Shown one piece after another: positions 1 to 13,677 of a DNA stretch of 64,000 bases. A program made the translations under genes and the position numbers. The notes under the pieces were generated by a model. It did not search any database, was not told the origin of the DNA, and saw nothing but the letters and a program-made list of their open reading frames with translations. This stretch comes from Eledone cirrhosa (lineage: Eukaryota), in the NCBI GenBank assembly GCA_964016885.1, contig OZ024753.1, forward strand, positions 40,424,001-40,488,000. The letters run 5' to 3'. Position 1 is the stretch's first letter. Every line of letters starts with the position of its first letter.

Positions 1-2039
1 AAAGGGTTTTCACTTCATAATTGTGATTGCCTGATATTCAATGAGAATATGCCCGCGTGTAAGAGATGTCTGTTTATGAGGATGTCAGCAAATAATGTTG
101 GTTTGACTCGGCAGAACGATCTCTTCTCTCCTGACATACAGGAACAAAATCCTATAACAACCATCTTTTTTTTCCTCGTGCTTACTTCCACACACGTTCT
201 TGGTGTGTTTAATAATATCGAACTTTAAAACAAAATTTATTCTATTTCCTCTATCTCAAAGCTTTGAAAGACGACGTGATAAATAGGGCAGCCACATACA
301 TGATGGGGATTATTAAGACAATGAAGTATTAGATTATTGGTTTCATGAACCAAATAATATACCAGTATTTGATGCAAATGAAAATGTATTTTTCTTCTTC
401 TCATCTCATAATAAGGACAGTGGATTGGTAAAATCGATGGAGCGGTGGTCATGTTATGTGTATCTCATATTTTGGGATAAAACAGAAAACCCACACGCTG
501 GTCAGCCCCTACCAGTCAAGTACGAAAGTTGGTATAAAATCCGCTAACTTCGTCACCATCACCACCATATTTCTAGTCCTGTGGCCTATATGAGAAGCAT
601 TTATTGAATGTCTTATTCACTATTTAATTGATACACACTAAATCAATTAAATTTATGAGTGGAGAGAAAATACAATAGTTTCAGAAATGCTCTTTTTTTT
701 TTAATAAGTATATAAACTTTTGTAAAGTATATATATTTTATTTCTAGGTTCTAAGTCATTTTTAATCAACACATCTTTCAATGCACGATTTAAAGATAAA
801 CGTTTGATGATAAAAGGAACAAATTAAAAAAAAAAAAAAGCATAAATTGCCGCCTGCTTTGTTCAGCTTTTACCTGTTAAAATTTTGGGGTGTTATAAAA
901 CAATACCAGTAATACATTGGGGTCAAATTATTCGACTCCTCCCGCCGAACTTGCTTCAAAATTTTAGGGTATATGTCAATGCTAGGAACAATATTTTCAG
1001 AGATAATCGTATTCTTTTTCTCTCCCGTAAACACACACCATTTTACATGGTGGTCTGTTCAAAATTTGGTCAGATGAGGCAATATTTCTTGTAGAGGTAT
1101 TATCAAATCATACAAGTGCATAGTCTATGCAGCAGTTCAAACCCTCGAGAAAGCGGTACCGAAAGGTGCGGCTTGTCCTGTGTTGTGTGTTTGGTATTTA
1201 CGATTCATACAACTCCTCCATGTAATTTGGATCATTTTCTTTTTTAAACTGCACAAATGCAACATTCAATGTTCATCGTTATTTATGTTAAGTCTTAAAC
1301 GGTTAATAAATAAATAACTATTCTTACATCACCTGATGGTGATTCCTAAAAACTTATTGTCGTATATTAACTTATGGCAGGCAGCGTTTATAGGATTTGG
1401 TTTAAAAAAATAATCTCTAGGCATGACAATAAAACATCACTTTGGTGGTAACTATATCAAGTAATAAAAGAGAAACAATACTGAATTACATAAATAAATC
1501 TACAAATCTACAACAAAAACTGAAATTACAAAAAATTAAAAACAAATCAAATCAACTGTCAATCTCCACAAATACAATAAAAACATGCAAAAATTTAATT
1601 TATTGGAAAAAATATATATATATAAACAAAAAGACTAAAAAAAAATGAAAGGAAATGTATATATAAATACATATATCCATTGCATATATACATATATATA
1701 TGTATAATACATTATATAATCCATATATATATATTATATATCTATGCATTTATATTATATATATGCATAGATATATATTATATGGCAGCAAAGGCATGCT
1801 GAGGTTTCATCTGATCTGAATAGAAGGTTATATAGTATATGGAGTTATATATAAATATATGTATACATATGTATACAAATTCTTTTTCACTTGTACATTT
1901 TGTAAATTTTTCACAAATGAAATGAAAAAAATCATACAAATATTGAAAAAAAATTGTAAATAGTGTACATCGATATTAAAAATTACTTGAAAAATGCATC
2001 TTGTTTTTGTTATTATTTTTGTTTTATTTTCAACCCGTA

Positions 2040-2480
2040 ACTATGGTCATGAATTTTGGGTAGTGACCGAAAGAATATGATCGTGAATACAAGCGGCCGA
2101 AATGGGATTCCTCTGAAGGGTCTTTGGAGTAATGTTACTCGATATAAAGTTCTTAGCTCGGAGATCATAGAGTGACTCCAGGTAGAGCCGTTATTTTTCA
2201 GAAAGTGGAGATCACGGCTCCGATATTATGGGCATGTGGTTAGAATGTCTCAGTAAAGAATTGCTGGACAGATTTTATGGGCAAATCAAACCGGAAAGAA
2301 ACCCAGGTGTATACCCTGAGCAAGATGGTTGGATAACATGAGCTTGGCTGCTCCCGTTTGGGGATCCAGTCGGATCAGTTGGAGGCGGTTGCCTCTAACA
2401 GGACCCATTGAAAGGAGTGTTTAGGGACTCTGCCACTCACGACTCTCTCAGGATTAAATGGGAGAAGAAGAAAAAGAAGG
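2040..2480 (+). pseudogene. Degenerate RTE-clade LINE, ORF C-terminus and 3' end
   Basis: Broken translation YGHEFWVVTERI..IQAAEMGFL.RVFG...LRYYGHVVRM...RWLD matches post-RT motifs of RTE/Expander LINEs. It contains stops and frameshifts and ends in a GAA-rich tail. Confidence 0.8.
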
Positions 2481-2558
2481 GAATACCACATGGAATATTA
2501 TAAACAAATTTTTTTTAATTTACTATTAAAATTGCTTGCACAAATGTTTCATATATTT

Positions 2559-2740
2559 CATCATCATCATCATTTAACGCCCATTTTCCATAGGAACATG
2601 TGTAGGATGAACTGTCCCTTTGTGAGAGATCCAGGTTGAAGGACCGTATTTTGCTCATACAGAACTGATTGTCGCTTGGTTTCTCCGTCAGGATGCCCTA
2701 CACAACGCCAACCACATTTACAGTGCGTGTTGGGTGCTTG
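2559..2740 (-). mobile_element. RTE-related non-autonomous element fragment with (GAT)n tail
   Basis: Reads catcatcat-ttaacgcccattttcca...ggatgccctacacaacgccaaccac and is homologous to 3546-3760. Confidence 0.6.
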
Positions 2741-2824
2741 TTACAACTGGATATATATATATATATCCAGTTGTATATATATATATCTATATATATATAT
2801 ATCCAGTTGTATATATATATCTAT

Positions 2825-3042
2825 ATAGATGGGTAAACGGTGCTGATGATAGCTAACAAGCTTGAAACTAGTACATCGTTCCTGTGTCAGTGTTGAACAA
2901 AAAGGTGACGTGGTTGCCTTAACACCGTATGGCATAAATTCAGGCTGTTCGCTTTGTTGACAAACAAACGAACAAAGCGGCCGGCGTTATAATAAACGTC
3001 GACTAAACTGATGCGTGCATATATGTATGTGTACCTGTATGC

Positions 3043-3076
<34 letters not shown>

Positions 3077-3129
3077 GCATGCTACTGTACGTCTGTATAC
3101 ATATATGTATGTACGTATACATACATACT

Positions 3130-3130
<1 letters not shown>
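2825..3130 (+). mobile_element. TA-embedded HHR-bearing element, family A (Penelope-like remnant)
   Basis: Reverse-complement homolog of 6683-7000, flanked by (TA)n and starting with an HHR. Confidence 0.7.
2836..2880 (+). ncRNA. Type I minimal hammerhead ribozyme
   Basis: AACGGTG-CTGATGA-tAGCTaacaAGCTt-GAAAC-ta-GTA-CATCGTT: helix I, intact core, helix II, palindromic helix III (ACTAGT) and a GUA site. Confidence 0.85.
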
Positions 3131-3171
<41 letters not shown>

Positions 3172-3237
3172 AATGGAAGTTTAGTAAAATCGAAGTTTTG
3201 GCTGTGGCCAAGCTAAAGGCCATGTCACCTTAGAGTA

Positions 3238-3427
3238 ATAACTGTTTCTACGTTAGGCACAAGGCCAGCAATTACCCAGTGCATTACTGGTATTTTATTT
3301 TATCGACCCCGTAAAGATGAAAGGCAAAGTTAACCTCGGCGGGATTTAAACTCAGTAGTATGGCAAGGGCCGTAACACTATGCGTCAAAGCATGGCGTCC
3401 GACCCTTTACCAATACTGCCAATCCAC
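3238..3427 (-). mobile_element. tRNA-headed SINE, major family
   Basis: A-box TGGCAGTATTGG, B-box GAGTTTAAATCC and central GCCTTTCATC..GGGGTCGATAAAAT domain, with more than 20 homologs in the window. Confidence 0.9.
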
Positions 3428-3545
3428 ATTAGAGTAATAACATACGTTAGATAGCTTGACAAATTGAAAACTGCGACAGGTGAGCACAGCCACATGGAAG
3501 CAAAGCAGCGAAAAAACCAATCAGGTCTGGATGAAGAAACATATA

Positions 3546-3760
3546 TCATCATCATCATCATCATCATCGTTTAACGTCCATATTCCACGCTTGCATGGGT
3601 TTGGACGGGAGTTTTCCCACTTGAGGCAAGAGTGGTTGTCTTACTCGCATAGGACTGTCTGGCGGGTTTTCCACGGCTGGATGCCCTTCCTCAACACCAA
3701 CCACATTTACAGTGTGGAACTGGGAGGTTTTTACCGTGTTACCTACACGGCCAAATTACA
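3546..3760 (-). mobile_element. RTE-related non-autonomous element
   Basis: (CAT)n tail, then gtttaacgtccatattccacgcttgcatgggtttggacgg...ggctggatgcccttcc. An opposite-orientation copy lies at 3865-4020. Confidence 0.65.
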
Positions 3761-3798
3761 GCGTGGACTGTGTGTTTTTATATATAGCGATATAGATA

Positions 3799-3860
3799 TA
3801 GGAACAAGTAAGACACCGACGGCTGAGCTCAAGCCGTTTCGACGGCTAATTCTGGACTGA
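3799..3860. mobile_element. Family B palindromic element, single arm
   Basis: taggaacaagtaagacaccgacggctgagctcaagccgtttcgacggctaattctggactga, nearly identical to the arm at 27028. Confidence 0.85.
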
Positions 3861-3864
3861 ATGA

Positions 3865-4020
3865 AAAATATATCCAGCTGTAAAAATTACAGCCAAATTA
3901 CAGTCCGTCTGAGCAAGATACGGCGCAGCCAACTGGCTAGACTTGGAGACCCGTCCAACCCATGCAAGAATGGAAAAATAGACATTAAGCTGTGGTGATG
4001 ATGATGATGATGATGATGAT
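3865..4020 (+). mobile_element. RTE-related non-autonomous element with (GAT)n tail
   Basis: ccagctgtaaaa...cccgtccaacccatgcaagaatggaaaaatagacattaa followed by (gat)n. Confidence 0.6.
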
Positions 4021-4358
4021 ATATGTATAGGCGCTCATCGTTTCTGTTATGCATCAGTCAGGTTTGGCAATGGTGACATTTATTTGAGATGTTTACTACT
4101 GAAACTAGACATGTGAGTGCAGGGGTGATCTAATTGTGTCTAATTACAGTCTTTACACTTCCCGACCTTAAACGTCACTAGTAAATGGCATGCTCTCGCA
4201 CCCCCACCACCAACATATACATACAAATACTTAAAGTGACTGACCATATGTACTGTATGTGTACGTGTACATGTGTGTGTGTGTGTGGCTGTGCGGCTGC
4301 AACTGTGTGAGATTGTAATTCTGTCTTCGTGAAAGTAAGGTATTATGCATGCATGCAA

Positions 4359-4412
<54 letters not shown>

Positions 4413-4499
4413 ATATGTATATATATATACACATGCACATATATGAGAAGTTAAGGCTTTATGTACGTATGTATATGTAAGCAAGTATAAATATATATA

Positions 4500-4575
4500 T
4501 ATATGTATATAATGTGTCTGAGAGTGTATTTGTGTGTGTGTGTGACGTTAAGGCGTTATGTACGTTTACAAGTAT

Positions 4576-4619
<44 letters not shown>

Positions 4620-4656
4620 ATATATATGTATATATATGTGTATATATATATGTATA

Positions 4657-4687
<31 letters not shown>

Positions 4688-4756
4688 GTGTATATATATA
4701 TATATGTGTGTGTGTGTATATATATATATATGTGTGTGTATATATATATATAGGTG

Positions 4757-4839
<83 letters not shown>

Positions 4840-4970
4840 GTGTATATATATATGTGTGTATATATATAGGTGTGTGTATATATATATATATGTGTATATA
4901 TATATATGTGTGTATATATATATATATGTGTATATATATATACATGTGTATATATATATATATATATATA
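4500..4970. repeat. (TA)n/(TG)n compound microsatellite
   Basis: Direct reading. Confidence 0.95.
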
Positions 4971-5899
4971 TTTGACTATTTATATTTATATGTTTGACTA
5001 TTAATATTTATATATACGTATGTATGTTTTGAGTTATAATCAGATTCATCTTTTCGGAATTGAAACTCGTATGAAGCAAAATGACGACGTTTTTCTTTGA
5101 TTGAAGATAGTTGGCGGAATGTGCAGATATGCGAGTGAGACTGTCTGTGTTTATACTAATGTAATTGTAGGTACAGGCATTGATATTAGTAGAAATATCT
5201 CTTTAGTACACGTGAATTTAGAATACCTAGATATTTTTTCTTGTTTTTAGAAATAACTTGTATTTCTTTGAGCATCTTTTAATCATCTTGAATAAAGTAA
5301 GGGCACGTGAAATAATGTAATCCTAGATACACTATGTCTAGGGAACCAAGAGGAGATGTTTAAGGGTTGAATGAGTTTGAATATAGTTCTTTTCAATCAT
5401 TGCTGAACTGGGTTAAGCAACAAGAACAAAAGCAACATTATCTACAGCATTATGATTCACAAATGGGGTCTCAGATCTTGTCCAACGATTCAAATCAAGA
5501 CTGAGTTGTAATTAAACAGCAGCTATAAATACATGAATTATATAAAACTTCATGAATTCTGAATGGTAATAGTGCTGCTATTGAAGGTGTATCTATCAAA
5601 TAAATTCTGTGGTTAATATATTCTGTAGAGAAGAGAAAAATGTCCAAATTTATAGATGATGATTGGGGTTTGACATTTCCCAGTAGACAATAGAAGCAAC
5701 GATAAGTTTAATAATGATATATCGTTCAGTGTCTCTCAGGAGAAATCAGGTTCCGTGCGAATAACCTATTCAGCAGAGAACTATCTTCATCCTTCAGCCA
5801 TCGATCATAACTGAAGGAACATTGGTTAAAATCTGAAACAGAGAATCTAATTCAATGAGTTCTCCCTGGATATAGAATGTAATGGACTGAGATAAAAAG

Positions 5900-6435
5900 A
5901 ATAGTGGGTTGAAAGAAGGATAGTTCATTGGCAGGAAGAAGGTAGTGTATTGGCAGAAAGACGGCGGCAGTGTATTGGTAAAAAGTGGTTGTGCAGTGAC
6001 TTGGCAGAATGAAGGTAGAGTATTAACATAAAGTGGCCAGTGTATTAATAGAAAGAAGGCTGTGGGTGAAAAGGAGAGCTGTTAATTGGCAGCGATTGGG
6101 CAGTGTATTGGTAAAAAGGGGGCAGTGGATTCATAGAAAGTGGATTGTGGATTGTCAGAGAGAGGATAGGGGTTAATTGGTAGAAAGAGTGCCGGGAATT
6201 CGTTAAAAAATATGGGCGGTGGGTTAGCAGAAAGAGGGTGTGGATTGGCCGAAAGTGGCATAGCTTATTGTAAGAAAGGGAAACAGATTGAAAAATGTCG
6301 CAGAGTTGGCAGAATTAATAAATCATCAGAAAAAATGTCTTGCTTTATTTCTTCTAGTTATTTACATTTTGAGTTCAAATCTTGTTGAGGTCAACCTTTT
6401 CCTTTACGGCTTGATAAAATATTGTACCAGTAAAA
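5900..6435 (+). repeat. Degenerate ~22-bp minisatellite of the SINE head followed by an old SINE body
   Basis: Repeated variants of GGCAGTGGATTGGCAGAAAG, then gagttcaaatcttgttgaggtcaacc...gataaaatattgtaccag. Confidence 0.6.
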
Positions 6436-6584
6436 TAGTGAGGTTGATATAATCGACCTTTCCATCTTCCACCCAATTTCTAGCTTTAAAAATGTTAATC
6501 ATACGCTTTCGTTGTCTTACCTCCTTGGCAATATGTTTAAAGATTTTTCTTTCTGTTATAATAGAGTAGAGATCAGTTATGAAA

Positions 6585-6654
<70 letters not shown>

Positions 6655-6682
6655 TATACATATATATATATACATATATATA

Positions 6683-7000
6683 TAAATGGAAAAAATGAAA
6701 CGAAATTTCACTTATCACTCTTAGTACGGCTGTTACTTAAATATAAGTATGTATACATACATATACATATATGTATACAGACGTACAGTAGTATGTATAT
6801 ATATACATACATGCACACACATATATATGTACGTATGGATTTACCGAACATTTATTATAATGCTCGGTTTTTTTGTAAACAAACAGCCCGAATTAAGCCG
6901 TACAGTGTTTAGCAACCATCGTTGCCTTTTTGTTCAACACTGACAAAAGAACGATGTACTAGTTTCAAGCTTATTAGCTATCGTCAGCACCGTATACCTT
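6683..7000 (-). mobile_element. Family A HHR element
   Basis: Homolog of 2825-3130 and 42750-42900, with (TA)n on both sides. Confidence 0.75.
6950..6993 (-). ncRNA. Type I minimal hammerhead ribozyme
   Basis: Reverse complement reads ACGGTG-CTGACGA-tAGCTaataAGCTt-GAAAC-ta-GTA-CATCGT. Confidence 0.85.
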
Positions 7001-7027
7001 CCTGCCAGATTGTTGAACGTATACATG

Positions 7028-7088
<61 letters not shown>

Positions 7089-7374
7089 GTGTTATATGCA
7101 GTGATGCAAATTACAATCTAGTTATTTACCCACGACAGTCTGTAGAGAAATATTGCTATGATTCATCCAAGAATTAGTTAATCACATTTAATTAAGGTGC
7201 TATAATTAAATAATATGATTTCTACCATATGACATCAGGGAATCTTTAGCATGTCTCGGGAAAAAGTGAAACAGCTTCGAATATTTCTCCGTATCATCCA
7301 CATTACATATGCACATACCACCTACTTCTTCATCTCGCTCTGTATTTCTATATATCTGTATATACACATATACG

Positions 7375-7427
<53 letters not shown>

Positions 7428-7431
7428 CAAC

Positions 7432-7464
<33 letters not shown>

Positions 7465-7596
7465 TATACATATATATATATATGTGTATATATATATATA
7501 TACATACATAAATATTTATACATACATACATAAATATATATAAATATATATATACATACATAAATATTTATACATACATACATAAATATATATACA

Positions 7597-7692
<96 letters not shown>

Positions 7693-8092
7693 GAATATGA
7701 ATCTGTGGATACAATCAAACATCCCCCAAAAGAACAGAAACAAACTTTCCACTAAATAAGTGCCAAATTGTGAGCAAGATCTTTGAACTTATGTACACAC
7801 ATTCATTTTAAAAGATTAACAAGATCCTTTTGATTCGTATCTCTGTAATTTAATGTGCTAATGGATAGATTGTGTAATCGAACAAAATTGAAACGATGCA
7901 AGTCATATATTCTTCTCTATTAATGTTAATATCCCTAGAAAATTGTAAAAAAAAAGGGGCCATTTTTAATATATAATATATTCTCCATATTTTTAAGTTT
8001 AATTATTTTCTTCATTTAAATCTTTATAGGTTTACGCGGATTATCATGACGACTGAAATAGAAACAGTGGAATCATTTCTCTCTCTCTCTCG

Positions 8093-8216
<124 letters not shown>

Positions 8217-8544
8217 GGATGTAAATATATGAGTATGTATATATATATATATTAGTACATACATACTCATATGTTTACATTTCCTCCCATATATATATAT
8301 TTATATATATATATATTTATCTAATCACACACGCACACACACAGACACAGACACAAACACACACACATATATATGTATATATATACGTGTGTCGACGTAT
8401 GTATGTAAATCAATAGAGGAAGGGAGGAGTGGGATTTGAGAAAGCAAGTCCTTAGCTTTATCTTCATAATCGGATTAACATTAAATCTCACGGTGACTTT
8501 TTGCAACACAGATGAATAATATCCTTAACCAACGAAACACTGAA

Positions 8545-9545
8545 ATGGCGACCCCCACCATCCCCAGCGACAGCACTGCCATACTAGCAGCGACACCACC
8601 ATCGCCACACCACTATCGACAGCACTACCACATTAGCAGTGACACTACCACACACACCACTAACGACAGCACTACAACATTAGCAGCGACACCACCATCG
8701 CCACACCATTAACGACAGCACTACCACACTAGCAGTGACACCACCATCGCCACACCACTATCGACAGCACTACCACATTAGCAGTGACACTACCACACAC
8801 ACCACTAACGACAGCACTACAACATTAGCAGCGACACCACCATCGCCACACCACTAACGACAGCACTACCACACTAGCAGTGGCACCACCATCGCCACAC
8901 CACCACCGACACCACCATCGCCACATCACCATCGACAGCACTACCACACTAGCAGCGAAACCCCCCATCGACACCACCACCAGCACTACCAGCACAGCAC
9001 AGCCCCAACGACAGCAGTACCACACCACCGCCTACACCACCACCCACACCATCGTCGATATTACCACCGTCACTACCACCCACACCACTAACACACTACT
9101 AGCAAGGCCAGCACCTACACCACCACCGTCGCCCCCACCATCACCACCACCACCTACACCACCACACCATCAACGACAGAACTACAACACTACCACCCAC
9201 ACCACTACCACACTAACAACAAGGCCACCACCGTCGCCCCCACCATCACCACCACCACCTACACCACCACACCATCAATAACAGAACTACAACATTACCA
9301 CCCACACCCCTACCACACTAACAGCAAGGCCACCACCTACGCCACCACCAACACCACCTACACCACCACACCATCAACGACAGAACTACAACACTACCAC
9401 CCACACCACTACCACACTAACAGCAAGGCCACCACCTACGCCACCACCAACACCACCTACACCACCACACCATCAACGACAGAACTACAACACTACCATC
9501 GACACCACGCCACCCGTCAGCACCACCACCTCACCATCACCGATA
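8545..9545. repeat. CAC-rich minisatellites with higher-order units
   Basis: Recurrent cgacagcactaccacactagcagtgacaccaccatcgccacaccac units, then ~100-150-bp units containing acagaactacaacactaccacc. Confidence 0.9.
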
Positions 9546-9877
9546 CCAATACACAACAATACAGCTATTATCAGTTTGACCAACACAAACCGATGAACGA
9601 ACCGCTACAGAGTTATACGACCTGTTAGATATAGCAGCTAAATCTCCCCTCTAACGTTTTGAATAACCAAGGAAGGATTCAATGCATAATATAGGTCTGG
9701 ATACGATACATCTGAATAATAGTCGTTATGGATGCAGTCGTGTTGCCTTTGACCATAAGATCTCTCAGATCTGACCATAAATTTGACCATGGGCTAAACA
9801 AACACACCAACAAAGACAACATAAATTATTGGCATTCCCAGCTCCATCTCTATCACCGTTATTATCAACTCCATCGG

Positions 9878-10040
9878 CTCGGACGCCATGCTTTGACGCA
9901 TAGAGTTACGGCCCTTGCCATTCTGAGTTCAAATCCCGCCGAGGTTAACTTTGCCTTTCATCCTTATGGGGTCGATAAAATAAAATACCAGTAATACACT
10001 GGGTAATTGCTGGCCTTGTGCCTAACGTAGAAACAATTAT
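9878..10040 (+). mobile_element. Major SINE, 5'-truncated
   Basis: tcggacgccatgctttgacgc...gtagaaacaattat. Confidence 0.9.
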
Positions 10041-10662
10041 TATCAACTCCATCATCACTACGTCTGTCAGCATCACAACCACCACACACATCACAACCAC
10101 CACCACAACCAACACCACCATTACCACCACCACCACCACCACAACCATCATCACCACCAGTAATGTCATCAGAACCACAAACCACCACCACCAGCATCAT
10201 TATCACCAACAACTTCGTCACAACAACCACCAACCACCACCACCACCACCGCCGCCACCACCACCATCATCACCACCAACAACTTCATCAGCACTACCAT
10301 CAACACCACCACCAACACCAGCATCACCACCAACAACGTCATCACCACCACCACCACCATCATCACCAACAACAACACCACCACCACCACCATCATTACC
10401 ACCACTAACACCACCACCATCATAACCAGAACTACAACAACAACAACAACAACCACATATGAAACTAGTCAAACTAGAATTACTAGTAATATAGATATAA
10501 AAGATAAAATCTAGACAATAGAAAATATATAAAACAATATGGTAAGATAAAGATTATAATTAAAATAATTAAAATGTACAATTGATTGAACAAAGACGGA
10601 AATTATAAGAAAAAATTGATCCTATTATACTAAGGCCAACACGTGCAAAGTATCTATATAGC

Positions 10663-10970
10663 GAGGGTGGTGGATTGGCAGGATCGGTTAAGGGTCGGAC
10701 GCCATGCTTTGCAGCATAGAGCTATGGCCCTTTACGCTCTGAGTTCAAATCCAGCTAAAGTTGACTTTGTTTCTTCTTTGTTGTTTTTCTTATTGTGGGT
10801 TTGCAGTATCGGTAGAGCGTCAGACACCATGCTTTGCAGCATATAGTTATGGCTCTTTACGCTCTGAGTTAACGGGGTTAACTTTGCCTTTCATTCTTAC
10901 GGGGTCGATAAAATAAAGTACCAGTAATTCACTGGAGTAGTTGCTTGTGCCAAATGTAGAAACAGTTATC
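10663..10970 (+). mobile_element. Two tandem partial major SINEs
   Basis: Heads at ~10663 and ~10796. Only the second copy has the tail. Confidence 0.85.
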
Positions 10971-11128
10971 TATATAGTCGTATATATGTAACTCTCTATC
11001 TATCTTCCTCTAGCTCCCTATATCACTTTCTCTGTCTCTCTCTCTTTCTCTCTCTTACGAGCTCTCTCTCTCTGAGTATGGAAGCATCTTCGTATTGGTA
11101 CGAGGGTTGACTGGAAAGCTCATAGACT

Positions 11129-11162
<34 letters not shown>

Positions 11163-11168
<6 letters not shown>

Positions 11169-11220
11169 AAGTATGACCCCGACGGCAGAGTTCTAGCCGT
11201 TTCGACCACAATTCCTTTGT

Positions 11221-11222
<2 letters not shown>
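11163..11222 (+). mobile_element. Family B element, internally deleted
   Basis: Arm start fused at gtttcg-accac to the terminus accacaattcctttgtta, with (TA)n on both sides. Confidence 0.7.
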
Positions 11223-11314
<92 letters not shown>

Positions 11315-12282
11315 CAGTGGCGGACTGGGTCAAAAATATTGGTTGCCAGGAGATGAAGGGGGCCCACCTACATATAGAATGATATCATTTAATTTTTAGG
11401 ATGAATAAATTACATTTTCGAAAAATACATAACTGGAAACAAAACAGTGCAATCAAATTTTTGCGGGAAAATATCTTACCTTCTCCAATAAAAATATTAT
11501 GTATTTTGCGAAATCTAGAGACTTTGTATAATGACCAGAAGTCGACCCTAAATATAACTAATAACTCTAGGAAAGTCATGAACGACACCACATCTTTTTA
11601 ACTTTGATTTTGAAAGTAGGTTTATAATTATCAATTTTCGCTAGACATTTGTAGCTGCCTCGGTGGCCAAGTTGATAGAATCATGGACGATGATGAACCT
11701 AGTCTGAAGTTCGATCCTAGTCGGGAGTAGGGTTCCCAGTAAACCTTTTCAGTATTTTTCAATTGATTGTAAAATAAAAAAAGGTTACATGTACCTCTTA
11801 ACCAGGATTGACCCCAGGGCCAGGATCTCCACCGTCTCTAGTTCCTACCGCTAGGCCACAGAGACAACTACGAATATCTTATGAAAATTCATACTTATAA
11901 ACCTACTTTCAAAACAAGGTGTGTGGTGTCGTTCATGTCTTTCTTGATCTTATTGCTCCTACTTAAGGTCGACTTCTAAATCATTTGGGTGTTCCATAAA
12001 CTGCATCCTCGTTTTGTTTCACATCTATCTAGACAATATTTTAACCTGCAGTCCATGTTTCATTTCTGTTCCACCCCATTTCTCCCCCTCCTTGGTTAAT
12101 CAAATGCTTTGCTTAATTGTTATTTAATTAAAAAAAAATATATATTTTTTCCCTTATATTTCAGGTAATTTTTGAAAGCAAAGCTTTGGCCCCTAAAATA
12201 CTACAGTGAGCCCTGCAATGCTACTGTGGGCTCTTGCAATGCTACTGTGGGCCTCCTGGGCAACCTGGCCAGTCCACGACTG
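11315..12282. mobile_element. Non-autonomous hAT-like DNA transposon inserted in (TA)n
   Basis: Imperfect TIRs CAGTGGCGGACTGG / CCAGTCCACGACTG and subterminal ggcccac / gtgggcc motifs. Confidence 0.7.
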
Positions 12283-12537
12283 TATATATATATATATATA
12301 TATAGTATTGCTTGTTTTGATGTTTCCGTTTACCCCCCTCCACATATATGTCTGTGTGTGTGTGTAAATGGCTTCATCTTTGTGCCTAAATCTAAAATCG
12401 ATCAGATTGTGTATTATCGATCAGTGAATCACAATGAAAGAATAAGAATCCTGTAACCCTCCACAATAAAATTACAATAAAATTTAATAATAGAACAAAA
12501 AAAAAAATGAAAATACCATACAACAACAACAACAAGA

Positions 12538-12732
12538 ATAATTGTTTCTACTTTTGGCACAAGGCCAGCAATTATCCCAGTGCATTACTGGTACTTCATT
12601 TTTTCGACACCGTAAGGATGAAAGTCAAAGTTTAACCTCGGCGGGATTTGAACTCAGAATGACAAGGGCCGTAACTCTATGCGTCAAAGCATGGCGCCCG
12701 ACCCTCTACCAATACTGCCAATCCACCGCCCT
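12538..12732 (-). mobile_element. Major SINE, full length
   Basis: A and B boxes, central domain and tail are all present. Confidence 0.92.
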
Positions 12733-12932
12733 TTGATGATAATAATGGTGATGATGTGGAGGGGGAGGAGGAGGAGGAGGATGTTCAGTTAAAGAGCTCC
12801 AGGTGTAAAGACTTTAGAGAAACGAAGTCTAATGAATGTAAAAAAATAGGAGGAAAATCCTCTTGACATTTTCTTGTATATTTAATTAGGTAGAGATAAT
12901 CATTAAAATACAAGCATTCATTAAAAGGATTT

Positions 12933-12981
<49 letters not shown>

Positions 12982-13159
12982 ATACCTACTCCATATATAT
13001 ATATATATATATATATGTACTTGTATATATGATTTTATATATATATATGTATATATATATATGTATGTATGTAAAGGTAAACAGAAATAACAACACAATC
13101 ATATATATATATATATATAATATACATACATATATTATATATATATATATATATATATG

Positions 13160-13368
13160 TAACGAAGGAAATGTGGTAAGGAATCAGGTGGACCATAACG
13201 CACCAAAGTACTCAATACTTAGGGTAGTAGAGTGGGTAATAGGAACGAGTAGGACCCCGACGGCTGAGCTCAAGCCGTTTCGACGGCTAATTCTGGACTC
13301 AGAATTAGCCGTCGAATTAGCCGTCGAAACGGCTTGAGCTCAGCCGTCGGGGTCCTACTCGTTCCTAT
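13160..13368 (-). mobile_element. Family B palindromic HHR-derived element, full length
   Basis: ~80-bp unique tail plus a ~130-bp palindrome (13238-13368), with (TA)n on both sides. Confidence 0.9.
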
Positions 13369-13390
13369 ATATATGTATATAAACATATAT

Positions 13391-13465
13391 AAAGGGTGAC
13401 CCCAAAAATGCATGCACAATTTTACAGCATTCAAATATATGTGTATACAGTTTTTGGGACACACT
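13391..13465. mobile_element. Degenerate Tc1/mariner-type MITE
   Basis: agggtgacccc..aaaaatg / cagtttttgggacac, a homolog of 25244-25321. Confidence 0.55.
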
Positions 13466-13488
13466 CTCTCTCTCTCTCTCCCTCTCTC

Positions 13489-13530
<42 letters not shown>

Positions 13531-13677
13531 TATACCCTCTTCTACTATATCAAGCGTTAAACTAATATAATTTGTCATTGTTCTGTGTCGTTGGTTTACT
13601 GTATATATATATATATATATATACATTCAATGTTGTGCAGTGCCTATCAAAAATGACGGGTTTTATAGTGAAATATC

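Noticed and set aside
8880-10425. Pro/Thr-rich mucin- or extensin-like ORFs
   Set aside because: Low-complexity CAC repeats interrupted by stops and a SINE, with no splice or domain support.
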